In this document: one piece after another, positions 30,231-41,097 of the stretch | Numbering within the stretch: position 1 is the stretch's first letter | How the letters are laid out: every line of letters starts with the position of its first letter | Source: a virus | Lineage: Duplodnaviria > Heunggongvirae > Uroviricota > Caudoviricetes | IMG/VR virus record: IMGVR_UViG_3300014205_000209 | Direction: 5' to 3' (one strand) | Length of the DNA stretch: 64,000 nucleotides | Notes under the pieces: generated by a model | Told to the model about the DNA's origin: nothing | The model's input: only the letters and a program-made list of their open reading frames with translations | The model's database searches: none | Made by a program: the position numbers and the translations under genes

Positions 30231-30905
30231 TCATTTATTGCCTTTAAGCAGTTTTTTAGTTAAATAGAATTTTTGATTTAGTAAATAATAATCATTTTTC
30301 ATTATTCTAGATAATCTTATTACTTGACAATTTTGAGGTGTTTTTAGATTATCGAATTCTTCTGGACTCCAATGTAACCATCTCATTAGAAATGTTAAAA
30401 TTGTTAATCCGTGTGATACTATTACAACATTATCGGGAAAATCTTTTTTTTCAAAATCTCTATGCATTGTTTCTAGAAAAGTTGATATTCTGTCATAAAC
30501 ATCTGCACCTGATTCACCATAAGGTATTCTATAGAAAAATTTGCTATGGTTTTTTCTTTCTTTTTCTATTTTAGATACTAAATGATCTTCTTGATAATTT
30601 CCCCATTCTTGTTCACGTAATCTTGGATCTTCTTGATATGAAATTTGTGGAAAGACTTTGCTTTGTTTTTTTAATTCATCTATAATTATAGATGCAGTTT
30701 GTCTTGTTCTTATCCATGGGGAAACATAAAATTGATATGATTGTGAATCGTCGATTTTTAAAATGTTTTTAGCAGCTTCTTTTGCTTGTTTTTTTCCTTT
30801 TGCTGTTAATTCTATTTTCCAATCAGGTATTGTTTTATAAATAGAGTTATCTACATTACCATGTGATTCACCGTGTCTAATCAAAATTATATTTATTGGC
30901 TTCAT
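30231..30905 (-). CDS. histidine phosphatase (phosphoglycerate-mutase-like) family protein
   Basis: LIRHGESHGN is the RHG catalytic motif. Downstream SPWIRTRQTASII fits branch 1. Confidence 0.6.
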   Translation of the reverse strand: MKPINIILIRHGESHGNVDNSIYKTIPDWKIELTAKGKKQAKEAAKNILKIDDSQSYQFYVSPWIRTRQTASIIIDELKKQSKVFPQISYQEDPRLREQEWGNYQEDHLVSKIEKERKNHSKFFYRIPYGESGADVYDRISTFLETMHRDFEKKDFPDNVVIVSHGLTILTFLMRWLHWSPEEFDNLKTPQNCQVIRLSRIMKNDYYLLNQKFYLTKKLLKGNK

Positions 30906-31291
30906 TTAACTATTTCCCAATCACAATGATTAAACCAACTTGCTTTTCTTGTAACTTTGATAAAAACTTTTCCAACAAATTTTTGTATGAATTGTTGAGA
31001 TACTATCTGTTTAGCATGTATCCAAGTTTTGCCATCAAATTCACTTTTAACAGCATCACCTTTAAATGGAACTACTAAAATGTTTCCTTCATTATAAATA
31101 TTTATTGGAGATGATGATGTATCACATACAATTATCTCATTATGTTCTGACCAACAATGTCTTATTTGATCTTTAATATCAATATAGTATTTTTTTCCGT
31201 TTGACATTTCACATAAATATCTTCCAACCTCAATATCAATTTCTATTAACTCATCTTTTTGTTTATCTTTCAGAGATATAATTTTTTCCAT
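30902..31291 (-). CDS. hypothetical protein
   Basis: 129-aa ORF, translationally coupled to the phosphatase. Confidence 0.3.
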   Translation of the reverse strand: MEKIISLKDKQKDELIEIDIEVGRYLCEMSNGKKYYIDIKDQIRHCWSEHNEIIVCDTSSSPINIYNEGNILVVPFKGDAVKSEFDGKTWIHAKQIVSQQFIQKFVGKVFIKVTRKASWFNHCDWEIVK

Positions 31292-31311
31292 TATTTCCTT
31301 TCAATTTTAAA

Positions 31312-31386
31312 ATGCCTCTAGTTGGATTTGAACCAACGCTGAAAGATTTAGAGTCAATCACTTTAGGCCAGACTAAGTTATAGAGG
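31312..31386 (-). tRNA. tRNA-like gene with a CUCUAAA anticodon loop (CUA, amber-suppressor type) and a weak anticodon stem
   Basis: Good acceptor GCCTCTA/TAGAGGC, D-stem ACTT/AAGT and T-arm GTTGG-TTCAAAT-CCAAC. The 17-nt anticodon arm ATTGA-CTCTAAA-TCTTT has two U·U mismatches. Confidence 0.4.
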
Positions 31387-31429
31387 CAAAATAAATTATC
31401 AAATAAATTTTACACTATAGCTATTTTTA

Positions 31430-31786
31430 TTACCATAAATCTTCACTCATTAAAATTGTTCTTACATTTTTAATTGCTTCACCTTTTAATTGTTCACAAG
31501 TAATTGCAAGATCATAACTATCTTCTCTATTCAAAAATCTATCTTTACTTGTTAAAAATCCTTGAACACAAGGTAATTTATTATCCCATCCTTTAGCTTT
31601 AGCTATAATAGAATAAGTCAAAATACAATTATGATGTCTTCTACCTGCAAGTACAAATCCACTGGTTATATTTTTTGGTTGATGTTCATGTTTTTCATTA
31701 TCATCATAATGATTCGCAGCACAAAGAATATATTCTGGTTTACCATGACCTTTGCACCATGGAGGACAATCATCTTCATCTAACAT
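31430..31786 (-). CDS. hypothetical protein with His-rich motifs
   Basis: ILCAANHYDDNEKHEHQP...GRRHHNC. A possible metal-binding enzyme, family not recognised. Confidence 0.3.
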   Translation of the reverse strand: MLDEDDCPPWCKGHGKPEYILCAANHYDDNEKHEHQPKNITSGFVLAGRRHHNCILTYSIIAKAKGWDNKLPCVQGFLTSKDRFLNREDSYDLAITCEQLKGEAIKNVRTILMSEDLW

Positions 31787-32082
31787 TTCATCTCCTTATA
31801 ATAATTTCAAATTCTTAAAAACATTACAATCAGTTACACATGCTATAGCAGTTAAAGTGTTTCCAATATCTGGTTCATAAAATTCTGAAAATTGTAATTT
31901 TTTAATTATTAACTTTCTTTTAATGTCCATAAGGTCACTAGTCTTTAATGCTATTATAGTTCCATTACTCCATTTTATATTATTTTTCAGTAGAAATTCA
32001 GCTATTGCATGCATTCCTTGAACGTATTTATAGCTCTATCCATATTGATTTAGACAATCACTTACAATTACATACATTTTTT

Positions 32083-32652
32083 TCATTTTAGTCTCCAGTA
32101 AATAAAACCATCATTTTCTTTAATTGCATCAAATTTATCACGTAATACAACTACTATACATTGTCCTTGATTTAATTTTTCAATTTTCTGAAATATTAAA
32201 CCTTTTTTATAAAAGTGTTGATAATGACATTTAGTAATTGGATCTGAATCTTTTTGTCTTATAACCCAACCATCATTAAGTTTTTCAATAACAGATTTTA
32301 AAGATTCTGCTTCAAATTTTGCATGTATACTTTTTATTTCTGCTCTACCTTTGTCAACTGCTTCTTGCATTTTTTTATGAGTAAAAACATCTACAACTTT
32401 AATTGGTGCATCAGGTATATCAGATAAAACATCATACCAATCCATTGTATAGATGCACAATTTACTTCCATCACTTCTGTATTCTGCACCTATAATATCA
32501 CCTGATTCATCTTTAACTAAAAGAGAGTATGATCCATCATAATATCCTGGTAATGATGCTACACTACAAATATCTGAATTTCCAATAACTACTTCTTCTT
32601 CCCCTGTTGGATCTTCTTCTTGTAAAAGTTTTATTAAATCTTTACTTTTCAT
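32083..32652 (-). CDS. hypothetical protein
   Basis: 189-aa ORF. Confidence 0.3.
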   Translation of the reverse strand: MKSKDLIKLLQEEDPTGEEEVVIGNSDICSVASLPGYYDGSYSLLVKDESGDIIGAEYRSDGSKLCIYTMDWYDVLSDIPDAPIKVVDVFTHKKMQEAVDKGRAEIKSIHAKFEAESLKSVIEKLNDGWVIRQKDSDPITKCHYQHFYKKGLIFQKIEKLNQGQCIVVVLRDKFDAIKENDGFIYWRLK

Positions 32653-34549
32653 ATTTTCCTTTCTATAATTATAAAATTTGCATAGTCAGATGGATCATAT
32701 GCATCATAACCAAAACAATCAATTTGAATTTCTTCAGAAGAAATTTCAAAATCATTATTAAGTTCTCCAAAATGTTCTAAAATAGAATCATTTACTTCAA
32801 GAAGAGTTTTAGGTGACATTATATGTAATTTATTTTTTGTATTTTCTGGGAATTTCATAAACGATTATCCTTTATTTCATTATTTGAAATAGAAAATTTA
32901 AAATTTTTGAGAATAGCTTCACAAAGGTCTTGTCTTATTTCTCGTGATAAAGTTTTGTCACTGGAAAAGTATGATCTATTATCATAAATTAATCTTTCTA
33001 ATCCTTTAGAAATATCAAATTTTCCATATTCTTGAGCTACTAATCGTTTTGATTCTTCAGCAACAGCATCTTTGATCCATTGTTGAATATCTTCTTTAGT
33101 AATTTGTAATTCGTTGTGCATATAATTTTTAAACATTGTCCATTTATCATTTTGCATTTTGTAACTCCTTTAAGGTTTTAATGTCATCTTCTTTTTCAGA
33201 TAATAATTCTTCAATAGAATAAAAACGATATGAATCTCCCCATTTTTGATCATAATCTTGTTCTACTATAATTTTTCCTTTCCAAATATGATGTTCACCA
33301 TAATTTGATTTTAATTCCTTTTTTATTTCTTCAGTTATTTCTAGCACATCTAAAACAAAAAATCGTCTATCATCATTTAATGACAATTGTTTTACTTTAT
33401 ATCTTTCATTAAATGTTAATGACAACTCATGATTCTCTGCACTAAGTTTATCTTCAAATATTTTACCATCTGTTGTTTTGAAAATAGTTGTAGTTATTGT
33501 TTTAGTTTGTTGTTGCATTTAAAACCTCTTTTTTAACTGGAATATAAAATTGACGTTTTAGATTCTCAATAAATGTTTCATCTATTTGATTATAAAACGC
33601 TGGTTTTTCAATTTGATGACGTTGTTTGCCTTTTAATTCACAATATACTATATGAATATATCTGAATTCTTTTCTTAATTTTACAAGTTGTGATTGTTTT
33701 ATACAGGCATCAGCATTATTTGATTTTTGAAATCGTTTTGTGGTTATTTTTTCTTGTTTTATTAAAGCTGCCAATTTTTTTACCAAAACTTTTAATTCTG
33801 AAATTGGATAACTTTTATATGTAATTGAATAGTCATCATAAATAAATGATGATGATGTTATAATTTTGTGATTCTCTAAAAACATAAATATCTCCTTAAA
33901 ATAGTTAAAAATAAAAAGTTTTAAAATTTTAAAGAAATTTTATGGAGGAATATAAATACGAATCTATGGGGGTATGAAAATCTATATCATAGTATGAATA
34001 TAACTAATTTTGTTTGATAAGTAAATAATTTTTATTCAAAAATTTTATATTTTGTTTTTTTCCAATTAACATAATAAAAAGGTTTACCATCATTAAGAGA
34101 ATCATTTGGACCTTTTACTTTTAAATCTAATAGATTAACTTCTCTTAATTCATTCATACAATGAAATATTATGTAAATTGCATCTATTGTTTGTTGAATA
34201 GAGTCTTTTGCTGTTAATGCAAAAAGATATTCTTTCAATGCGTCATAACAATCACAATTTATAGTGCTTTGTTCTCTTGTTTGATCTTTAGCATTTTTTA
34301 ATTCATAAAGAAAAAATCCGATATTTGGTTTTATTAGTGCCATATCAGGTCTATGTTTTTCTATACGTAATAGTCTTGAATTTATTTTGCCTAGTTCATA
34401 CAAACTTTTCATAAACTTTTCTGGATACATTTTTTCTATGCCAAATTCTGTCACTAACCAATTATTTTTCTTACAAACTGCATAAACTTTATTTAAAAAT
34501 ATTTTATCTTCACCTACAGCATAATTTTTTTCAAATTGAATTCTAGTTC

Positions 34550-35278
34550 TCATTTTACATTGATTTCTTTTTCTATAGTTATTTTTAATAAATTTAATTT
34601 TTCTAACTCTTTAGTATGTGTTTTTATTTTATTTGTTATACTTTCAATTTGATGATCTATTGATTTATGATTGCATTTAATATTTTTTTCTTTAATGAAT
34701 TTAATCATTTCTTCTTTTGTGAAAAATCTAATTACAATATCATCGTCACTAAACATTATAGTAGCATTTTTAAATTCTGCATGACAATGATAATTATCTT
34801 GTAAATATTCAGATAAAAGTGTATGACGATGAATATTATCTTCTAAACATAATGAATTAAAATCAATTTTCCATGATGCTTGTGACATAATTTCAGAACT
34901 ATTAAAAATAGCATTTTGAAGTATACCAGTAAATGTGCTCAATTCACTGCGTAAATCATTCAATTCACGTTGTTTCTCATCACAATGAAATTTGGCTAAT
35001 TTTATAGTTTCAGCATCATTTTTATTTTGTAACTTAACAATTAAATTTTCTGTTTTCTCTGTCATTTTAACATAAATCAATTGTTCTCGTAATTTGACAA
35101 TATCATCTCTTATTTTTTTTAAATAAACAAATCTATTTCTTATTTCTGAGTTATCATTTGTTGAAAGTACAGGTTTGTCCAAAAATTCTGCACATTTTGC
35201 AATTTCATCCCCAATACTATTAAAAGCCTCATTAAGACAATTAAGATATTCATTTTTGTTTTCTAACAATTCGTACAT
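34550..35278 (-). CDS. coiled-coil hypothetical protein
   Basis: 242-aa ORF with heptad-like charged segments. Confidence 0.3.
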   Translation of the reverse strand: MYELLENKNEYLNCLNEAFNSIGDEIAKCAEFLDKPVLSTNDNSEIRNRFVYLKKIRDDIVKLREQLIYVKMTEKTENLIVKLQNKNDAETIKLAKFHCDEKQRELNDLRSELSTFTGILQNAIFNSSEIMSQASWKIDFNSLCLEDNIHRHTLLSEYLQDNYHCHAEFKNATIMFSDDDIVIRFFTKEEMIKFIKEKNIKCNHKSIDHQIESITNKIKTHTKELEKLNLLKITIEKEINVK

Positions 35279-35609
35279 TTTAACCTCTAATTCATTTTAT
35301 GATTCAGAATAAAAATTATAATTTAATTCACTTTTAATCAAACAATCTAACAACATTTCTCTTTCTTTATGTGTTAAAACTAAATATAATTCCCATCTCA
35401 TTAATGTTAAATTACGAATCATAGAAAGAGTAGTAGTTAATAAGTTATTATCTTCAATATACTTTTTTATTTGTAAAAGGCGTTTTTCTTGATCTTGTAA
35501 TTTCATGTTGTTTTCTTCAATATACATATAAGTTCTTTGTGTTTCACCTATAGGTACATAACCATCTTCATAATAATCATCCCATATATTTACTGAAATA
35601 CATTTAGAT

Positions 35610-36062
35610 TTATCTTTCACTCAATGATCCTCTTATTTTCATTAAAAGTTCACCTAATTTGTTTTCACCATTTTCACATTTTCCACAATAACATTTTCCC
35701 CAAAAATTATCATGCCAAGTATTACCTTCAATAATTTTAATTGTTTTTGTATTTAATAACATTTGACGTAATGGATTTTTATTAAATTTCTGTTTTAATA
35801 ACTCTAACATTATATTTTCTTTAATATCATTCCAGTCAGATCTAATATCAATATCTTGTCCTAATTTTTTTGCTTTGCCAGGTGTTTCAGCTTCAAGAAT
35901 TTCTTTAAAATCATCAATATTTTTTGATTTTAACGCTTGATATGCATGTTCAACAGTTTTTGCAATATGTTTATTGCCAAATGCTTCTATTTCTACAGGT
36001 GAACTATAAAAATTACTTAACCATTTATATTCACCTTCAAAAGATTTAATTGGTAAACTCAT
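35610..36062 (-). CDS. NADAR-domain (YbiA-like) protein
   Basis: FEGEYKWLSNFYSSPVEIEAFGNKHIAKTVEHAYQALK matches the NADAR signature (FxGxxxxLSNFY ... E-H-x-x-Q-A-x-K). Confidence 0.6.
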   Translation of the reverse strand: MSLPIKSFEGEYKWLSNFYSSPVEIEAFGNKHIAKTVEHAYQALKSKNIDDFKEILEAETPGKAKKLGQDIDIRSDWNDIKENIMLELLKQKFNKNPLRQMLLNTKTIKIIEGNTWHDNFWGKCYCGKCENGENKLGELLMKIRGSLSER

Positions 36063-36859
36063 TATTTCATTTCTTTATATTTCTTTAATATTTCATCTAC
36101 TGTTTCTTGCTTATCACAAAGATATGTAAAATCTTGCTGAAAATAATCTTCTGTTATTTGTCCTTTTTTAAATCCAGCTTTTGATTCATCCAATACATCA
36201 TAACATACCATTACAGGATATTCAGGAGCCATAGTATGAGCCATCACATCTTTAGATTTTACCGATTTAAATATATTATAATTACCAATAAAAAAGTGGC
36301 CTATAGGAATCTCCGTAAACTTTAAACGTGTTCCTAATTTTATAACTTTATTTTCAGGATCAACAGTTACTGATATACGTTGTTTAATATAATTTTCTTT
36401 TTCAGCAGTTCTTGTATCCACGGGTGAGCCGTTATCTTCAAGTTTTTTTCTGCCACCTGACATTGCAGGTTCTTCATGTTTAAAACGTTGATTAATAGCA
36501 TCATCATAATACTTATTTTTATGTAGTTCTTTTACAGCTTTTTTATTTGCTTTTTTATCCCACATATTTGATTCTAAATATACTTTATTTTTGATAATTT
36601 TCAAATTATAAAAACGTTTTTCATTTCTATCTGTTGCTATTTTTCTAATTTCTGTAAAATACTTCTTTAAAGTTGATTCTTTTATTTTAAAATTTTTACA
36701 TAAAAATGAAATTGTACATGATTTCTGTAGTAAGAGAATCACAATTTGATTGATATTATAAGCTTTTGGTGAAAGTTCTTGTAAAGATTGATGTCTCATA
36801 TTATTCCCTTTTTGTAAAGCTATTTGACTATTAACTCCAATAAAATTTAGATCATTCAT
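36062..36859 (-). CDS. hypothetical protein
   Basis: 265 aa. Its start overlaps the upstream stop by one base, giving an operon of HNH, this ORF and NADAR. Confidence 0.3.
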   Translation of the reverse strand: MNDLNFIGVNSQIALQKGNNMRHQSLQELSPKAYNINQIVILLLQKSCTISFLCKNFKIKESTLKKYFTEIRKIATDRNEKRFYNLKIIKNKVYLESNMWDKKANKKAVKELHKNKYYDDAINQRFKHEEPAMSGGRKKLEDNGSPVDTRTAEKENYIKQRISVTVDPENKVIKLGTRLKFTEIPIGHFFIGNYNIFKSVKSKDVMAHTMAPEYPVMVCYDVLDESKAGFKKGQITEDYFQQDFTYLCDKQETVDEILKKYKEMK

Positions 36860-37432
36860 TTATTCTTTTTTCATTAAAAATAATTCTACATAAGCATTAT
36901 GTGATTCTTTATTTTGATCATGTTTAAATTTTACTTTCAAAAAACCTGATTCTTGTTTTTTATATTTTGGTGTTATTGGTTTTCTAATTAAAATTAAATT
37001 AGCTTGTTCTGGAGTTTTATCAGCTTTTTGTTGATTATGATAAATACAGCAACAAACACAATTTTCAAATGTATATTTTCCACCTTGCGATTGTGGAGTA
37101 ACATGATCTATAGTACGTTCACTGTTTTTACAATGATATTTGAATTTTTGTTTTTTCTTATTGAAATGATAATATTGACAAATATTATTGTCACGCATAT
37201 ATACACCATGATCTGAATATTTTGGTGTATCAGATTTTGTTTTAAAACCAGCAAAATCGACCAAACGAATAACTAAAGGTTTTGGCATTTTGAAAGAAAT
37301 ACTTCCAACTTTTTTAGTTTCAGAAGCTAATACTACTTCTATTTTTTCTTTAGCTAACCAAGAAAATGCTTTCTTTAAATCAACTTCTTTCCAATACTGA
37401 TAATTTTTAGTTAATACTATAATGTCATTCAT
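36860..37432 (-). CDS. HNH endonuclease
   Basis: HCKNSERTIDHVTPQSQGGKYTFENCVCCCIYHNQQK (HNH with Cys-rich zinc site). Confidence 0.6.
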   Translation of the reverse strand: MNDIIVLTKNYQYWKEVDLKKAFSWLAKEKIEVVLASETKKVGSISFKMPKPLVIRLVDFAGFKTKSDTPKYSDHGVYMRDNNICQYYHFNKKKQKFKYHCKNSERTIDHVTPQSQGGKYTFENCVCCCIYHNQQKADKTPEQANLILIRKPITPKYKKQESGFLKVKFKHDQNKESHNAYVELFLMKKE

Positions 37433-37583
37433 AATTTTAAATATCTATTTATTTAATATAAAAAGCTATATTGATAATAATAATTCTCTGACCCTATCTT
37501 TTTCATATTGTATGAAATAATCAAAAATTAAGTCATCTATACTTACAAAAATTGTACAACCACAAACAATTTTAATTTCAGGT

Positions 37584-38174
37584 TCATCTTTTTCCATTGT
37601 TAGTTCTTGATTCAAGATAAAAAGACAATTTAATATTTTTTTTAATGGCTTTATTTTGTATTTCCCAAGTCAAATCAATAAAATCAAAATCATTATATAT
37701 TTGATAATTTAAAATAGCAAATGTATATTCATTTCCCTCTTTTTTATATCTAATATCTTTTGAATATTTTCTTAATTTATTAAAAACACCTTGCATGAAA
37801 CTTTTTTCTTCATTTATATCTTTTATCAACTTACTATATATAAATGGTTCAAAATAGTAAATCTTCAAATTTAACTTTTTTGCTATTTTAATTTCTGCTG
37901 CTATACCTTTAGATGTTTCCCAACCATCTAACTTCAATACAATTATACCATCACAATGAGATAATAATGCTTCATCATATTTTCCCCATACATTCCAACC
38001 ACTTTCAAGTTTTCCTATTTTTCTTAATGTATGATTTTGTGTTAATGGAGAAAAACAATAAATTCCTAATTTCAATAATTCAATACAAGTTTTTGATACT
38101 ATCGTTACGCGTTCAGCCATTTTAGCATAATTTTTATGATAATATGGTGCTGCTAAATAAAAAACTTTTTTCAT
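37584..38174 (-). CDS. nucleoside 2-deoxyribosyltransferase-like protein
   Basis: N-terminal VFYLAAPYYHKNY (YLAGP-type motif) and SKGIAAEIKIAKKLNLKIY (catalytic Glu region). Confidence 0.5.
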   Translation of the reverse strand: MKKVFYLAAPYYHKNYAKMAERVTIVSKTCIELLKLGIYCFSPLTQNHTLRKIGKLESGWNVWGKYDEALLSHCDGIIVLKLDGWETSKGIAAEIKIAKKLNLKIYYFEPFIYSKLIKDINEEKSFMQGVFNKLRKYSKDIRYKKEGNEYTFAILNYQIYNDFDFIDLTWEIQNKAIKKNIKLSFYLESRTNNGKR

Positions 38175-39127
38175 TGATCAATTACCATAATATCTGAATT
38201 TCCAACCCATGTCACAAAATATGGAGGATAATTATGTTTCTCAGCTAAATAAAGTAAAAATGGTTTGTCAAAAATAAATTTTCTATATTGTTTAGGTATA
38301 CTAATACTACATTTTCTTGAAGTTATCATCGCTTCAGAACGTAATTTAGCACCTTCTTCATTTAATACAAATTTAATAAACTGAACAGCATCAGCAATAA
38401 AATAATCTTTATTTTGTTTGTTAACAATAATATTTTTTCCAATTAATTCAGAAAAATGATGTTCAAGATCAAAATCCAATTTTGGAATTATTAATGATTC
38501 ATTTGGCTGTAAATAACTCACAGAATTTTGCTTAATTCTTTGTTGAACAGATTGAAGTGTTTGTTCTAAAGTACATTCATTTGGAATTTTTGCTAAAATC
38601 ATGAAATCTTTTTCAGAAACTAAAGATACGATAAAATCATCATCATTTTTATAATCATAAATTCTAACTTGATTAAGTAATTTCTTTTCTGTATCTTCTC
38701 GAACATTCTTAATTCCAAATGCTTTAACTGCTTTGTTTGCGAACTTAAAATCTTTAATATCTCCAAATTTCTTTTTGAATGCAAGAATTTTTAATAAAAA
38801 TGAATATGCGATAATATCTGTTTCTGAATATGAACTACGATCTAAATTACAACGTGATGTTTCGTTAAATTTTGTTTTGAGTGTTTCAACAATGGTTTCA
38901 AAAACATTGTTTTTAACTGTATCTGCAATAGCAATATAACTATCTTCACAAAGATGTTCTTTTGTGAATGAACGTTTGTTTAAAAAATTAACAGTTTCAC
39001 ATACTTTGTCAAATGTAATTTCACCTTTAAAATATTCAGATAGTACATTCCAAGTAAGATTAATTGTCGAACAATAAATTAAATTTTGTTCTTTAATTAT
39101 TTTTTCAGTAAGTGTTCCAGTAATCAT
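38171..39127 (-). CDS. hypothetical protein
   Basis: 318-aa ORF, coupled to the downstream deoxyribosyltransferase-like gene. Confidence 0.3.
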   Translation of the reverse strand: MITGTLTEKIIKEQNLIYCSTINLTWNVLSEYFKGEITFDKVCETVNFLNKRSFTKEHLCEDSYIAIADTVKNNVFETIVETLKTKFNETSRCNLDRSSYSETDIIAYSFLLKILAFKKKFGDIKDFKFANKAVKAFGIKNVREDTEKKLLNQVRIYDYKNDDDFIVSLVSEKDFMILAKIPNECTLEQTLQSVQQRIKQNSVSYLQPNESLIIPKLDFDLEHHFSELIGKNIIVNKQNKDYFIADAVQFIKFVLNEEGAKLRSEAMITSRKCSISIPKQYRKFIFDKPFLLYLAEKHNYPPYFVTWVGNSDIMVIDQ

Positions 39128-39549
39128 ATTCTATTTTCTCCATTTTCTATTTTAGTAATATTTTCATCTGAAATTTTGTTACACAAATTAATAAAATCAT
39201 GCAATGTAATGTCACAAGAAGGAGTACAACTTTCATTATAATCAAAACATAATATAGATTTACCAATATAATCTTTATGTAGAAAAATTGGATATGATAC
39301 ATTTAATAACGCATTAAGACAAATTTCAGATTTACTTTTTTTCATATAATCATTATTCTTTTATTTTTATCAATAGTATTAAATTCTTCAATTTTCAAAA
39401 ATGGAAACAAACTTTGTTCTTTGTAAATATTACCATAAGAATCAATTATATAAGCAGGATCATTAGCCCAATCTTTAAATAATTGAATCATACTTTCTTT
39501 TATATCAAATTTCAATTCTTGGTAAAATTTAAATACTTCATCAGTTTTT

Positions 39550-40029
39550 TCATCCTTCAATTTTATATCCTACTTTTTTCAAAAATTTATTAACACATTC
39601 TTTTAGATTGATAGGCTGATCAAAATGTATAGTTCTACCTTCTTTATCTTTAAATGTTGTTTTACGTTTTTTCAATCCAGGTATAAATCTATCTTTTATA
39701 TTTGAATTATGTGCAACTATAATAAAATTTTTAGCAGAATCTATATCATTTACTGAACCTTCTTCATTTAAAATTAGTTTCCATTTATTTTTCACTTTAT
39801 TCACAGTCCATAAATCACCAAAAAATGGATTTAATAAAACATCATTTTCATAAACAAAATTTTTATTCATATCCTTAATTTTTGTATTTTCAAAAAAACT
39901 AATCTTTACACAATCAATTTTTCTACCACAATATTCACATTTGGTTTTTATTTTTTTAGTTTCATCAAATACATTTTTCAACAAAAATTCTTTTTCAGAA
40001 CAAATATTACAAATGGCTTGTAATTTCAT
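39550..40029 (-). CDS. hypothetical protein with an N-terminal zinc ribbon
   Basis: CNICSEK...CEYCGRK. Confidence 0.3.
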   Translation of the reverse strand: MKLQAICNICSEKEFLLKNVFDETKKIKTKCEYCGRKIDCVKISFFENTKIKDMNKNFVYENDVLLNPFFGDLWTVNKVKNKWKLILNEEGSVNDIDSAKNFIIVAHNSNIKDRFIPGLKKRKTTFKDKEGRTIHFDQPINLKECVNKFLKKVGYKIEG

Positions 40030-40167
40030 ATTTTTTCCTTTTTAAAAGACGTCCTCACTAGTTTAATATAGCAAACTTAGGGCAGAATACAGAGCTATAG
40101 TGTATTCAATTCCGATGTTTCACGGATACTCCGCAGCCATACCTCTAATGAGGATATCTAAATTTAA

Positions 40168-40251
40168 TGCTCCGAGCCGGAATTGAACCGGCATGAGGTT
40201 GCCCTCGAGGAATTTTAAGTTCCTAGTGTATTCCAATTTCACCATCGGAGC
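40168..40251 (-). tRNA. tRNA-Leu (anticodon TAA), class II
   Basis: Acceptor GCTCCGA/TCGGAGC, anticodon stem AGGAA/TTCCT with loop CTTAAAA, long variable arm with a GAGG-GCAA-CCTC hairpin, T-arm GCCGG-TTCAATT-CCGGC. Confidence 0.65.
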
Positions 40252-40260
40252 GTTTATTTT

Positions 40261-40659
40261 TCATTTATTTCTATTCTTTATTTCTTCAATCATTTGTACA
40301 GTATTTTTATTTTTATTCATAAAAGTTTCTATTGAACAAAAAGCTCCGCTATCCCAATTAGTAGATCCAGCATTAAGTTCTTTTAATTTTGTTCCAACTT
40401 TCAATCTATTTTCTTCTGTATTTAAAACTATTTTCCCAATACAATTATTTTCTATTATAGATTCTATTGCCATTGATTCTATTAAATCTAAAGCAATTGG
40501 TTTATCATCAGTTGGATACGGAAATTTACTAGCTTGTTCTGATGTATAAAGACCAGCTTTATTTAAATCATAAAAATAACCTTGATTATTTGGACCCCAA
40601 AAAAGCATTGCATGATCTTTTTTATATCCGTGTCTTTTACAAAGTATATAATATGTCAT
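40261..40659 (-). CDS. hypothetical protein
   Basis: 132-aa ORF. Confidence 0.3.
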   Translation of the reverse strand: MTYYILCKRHGYKKDHAMLFWGPNNQGYFYDLNKAGLYTSEQASKFPYPTDDKPIALDLIESMAIESIIENNCIGKIVLNTEENRLKVGTKLKELNAGSTNWDSGAFCSIETFMNKNKNTVQMIEEIKNRNK

Positions 40660-41097
40660 TTTACAATTCCATTAAAAAAATATTGTTTTGTCATATCAAT
40701 TATTTTGTCATTATCATATTTCCAAAATTTAAAAGCTAAAAATGGATCTGAAAATGGACCATCACTAAAATAAAATTTTAACATTTTTTCTTGCATTTGT
40801 TTTTCATCATCAATTTTCATTAAACCAATATGTGTTTTTAAATAATACAAAGACAGTTGTTTTTGTTTAAAAATTTCACGAGTTCTATAAAACATTAATA
40901 CTGGCCAAACAATTAACATCAAAGTCAATTTTAATGTAACAAAAATAAGTAATGGAACTGTGAAAATAACTAAAGCTATTGCTAAATTTTTAACATCAAT
41001 TTTCAAAATCAACTTCCTTTTAAAATATAATTCTAACTATACAACCTATACAAGCTAATACAAACAAAATACCAGTAAATGTAGTTACTTTCATATT

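Noticed and set aside
40075-40165. Possible extra tRNA next to tRNA-Leu(TAA). The sequence GGAATTGAATACACTA resembles the D-region of the neighbouring tRNA.
   Set aside because: No acceptor-stem pairing or T-arm could be found on either strand. This is probably a decayed fragment of a tRNA duplication.
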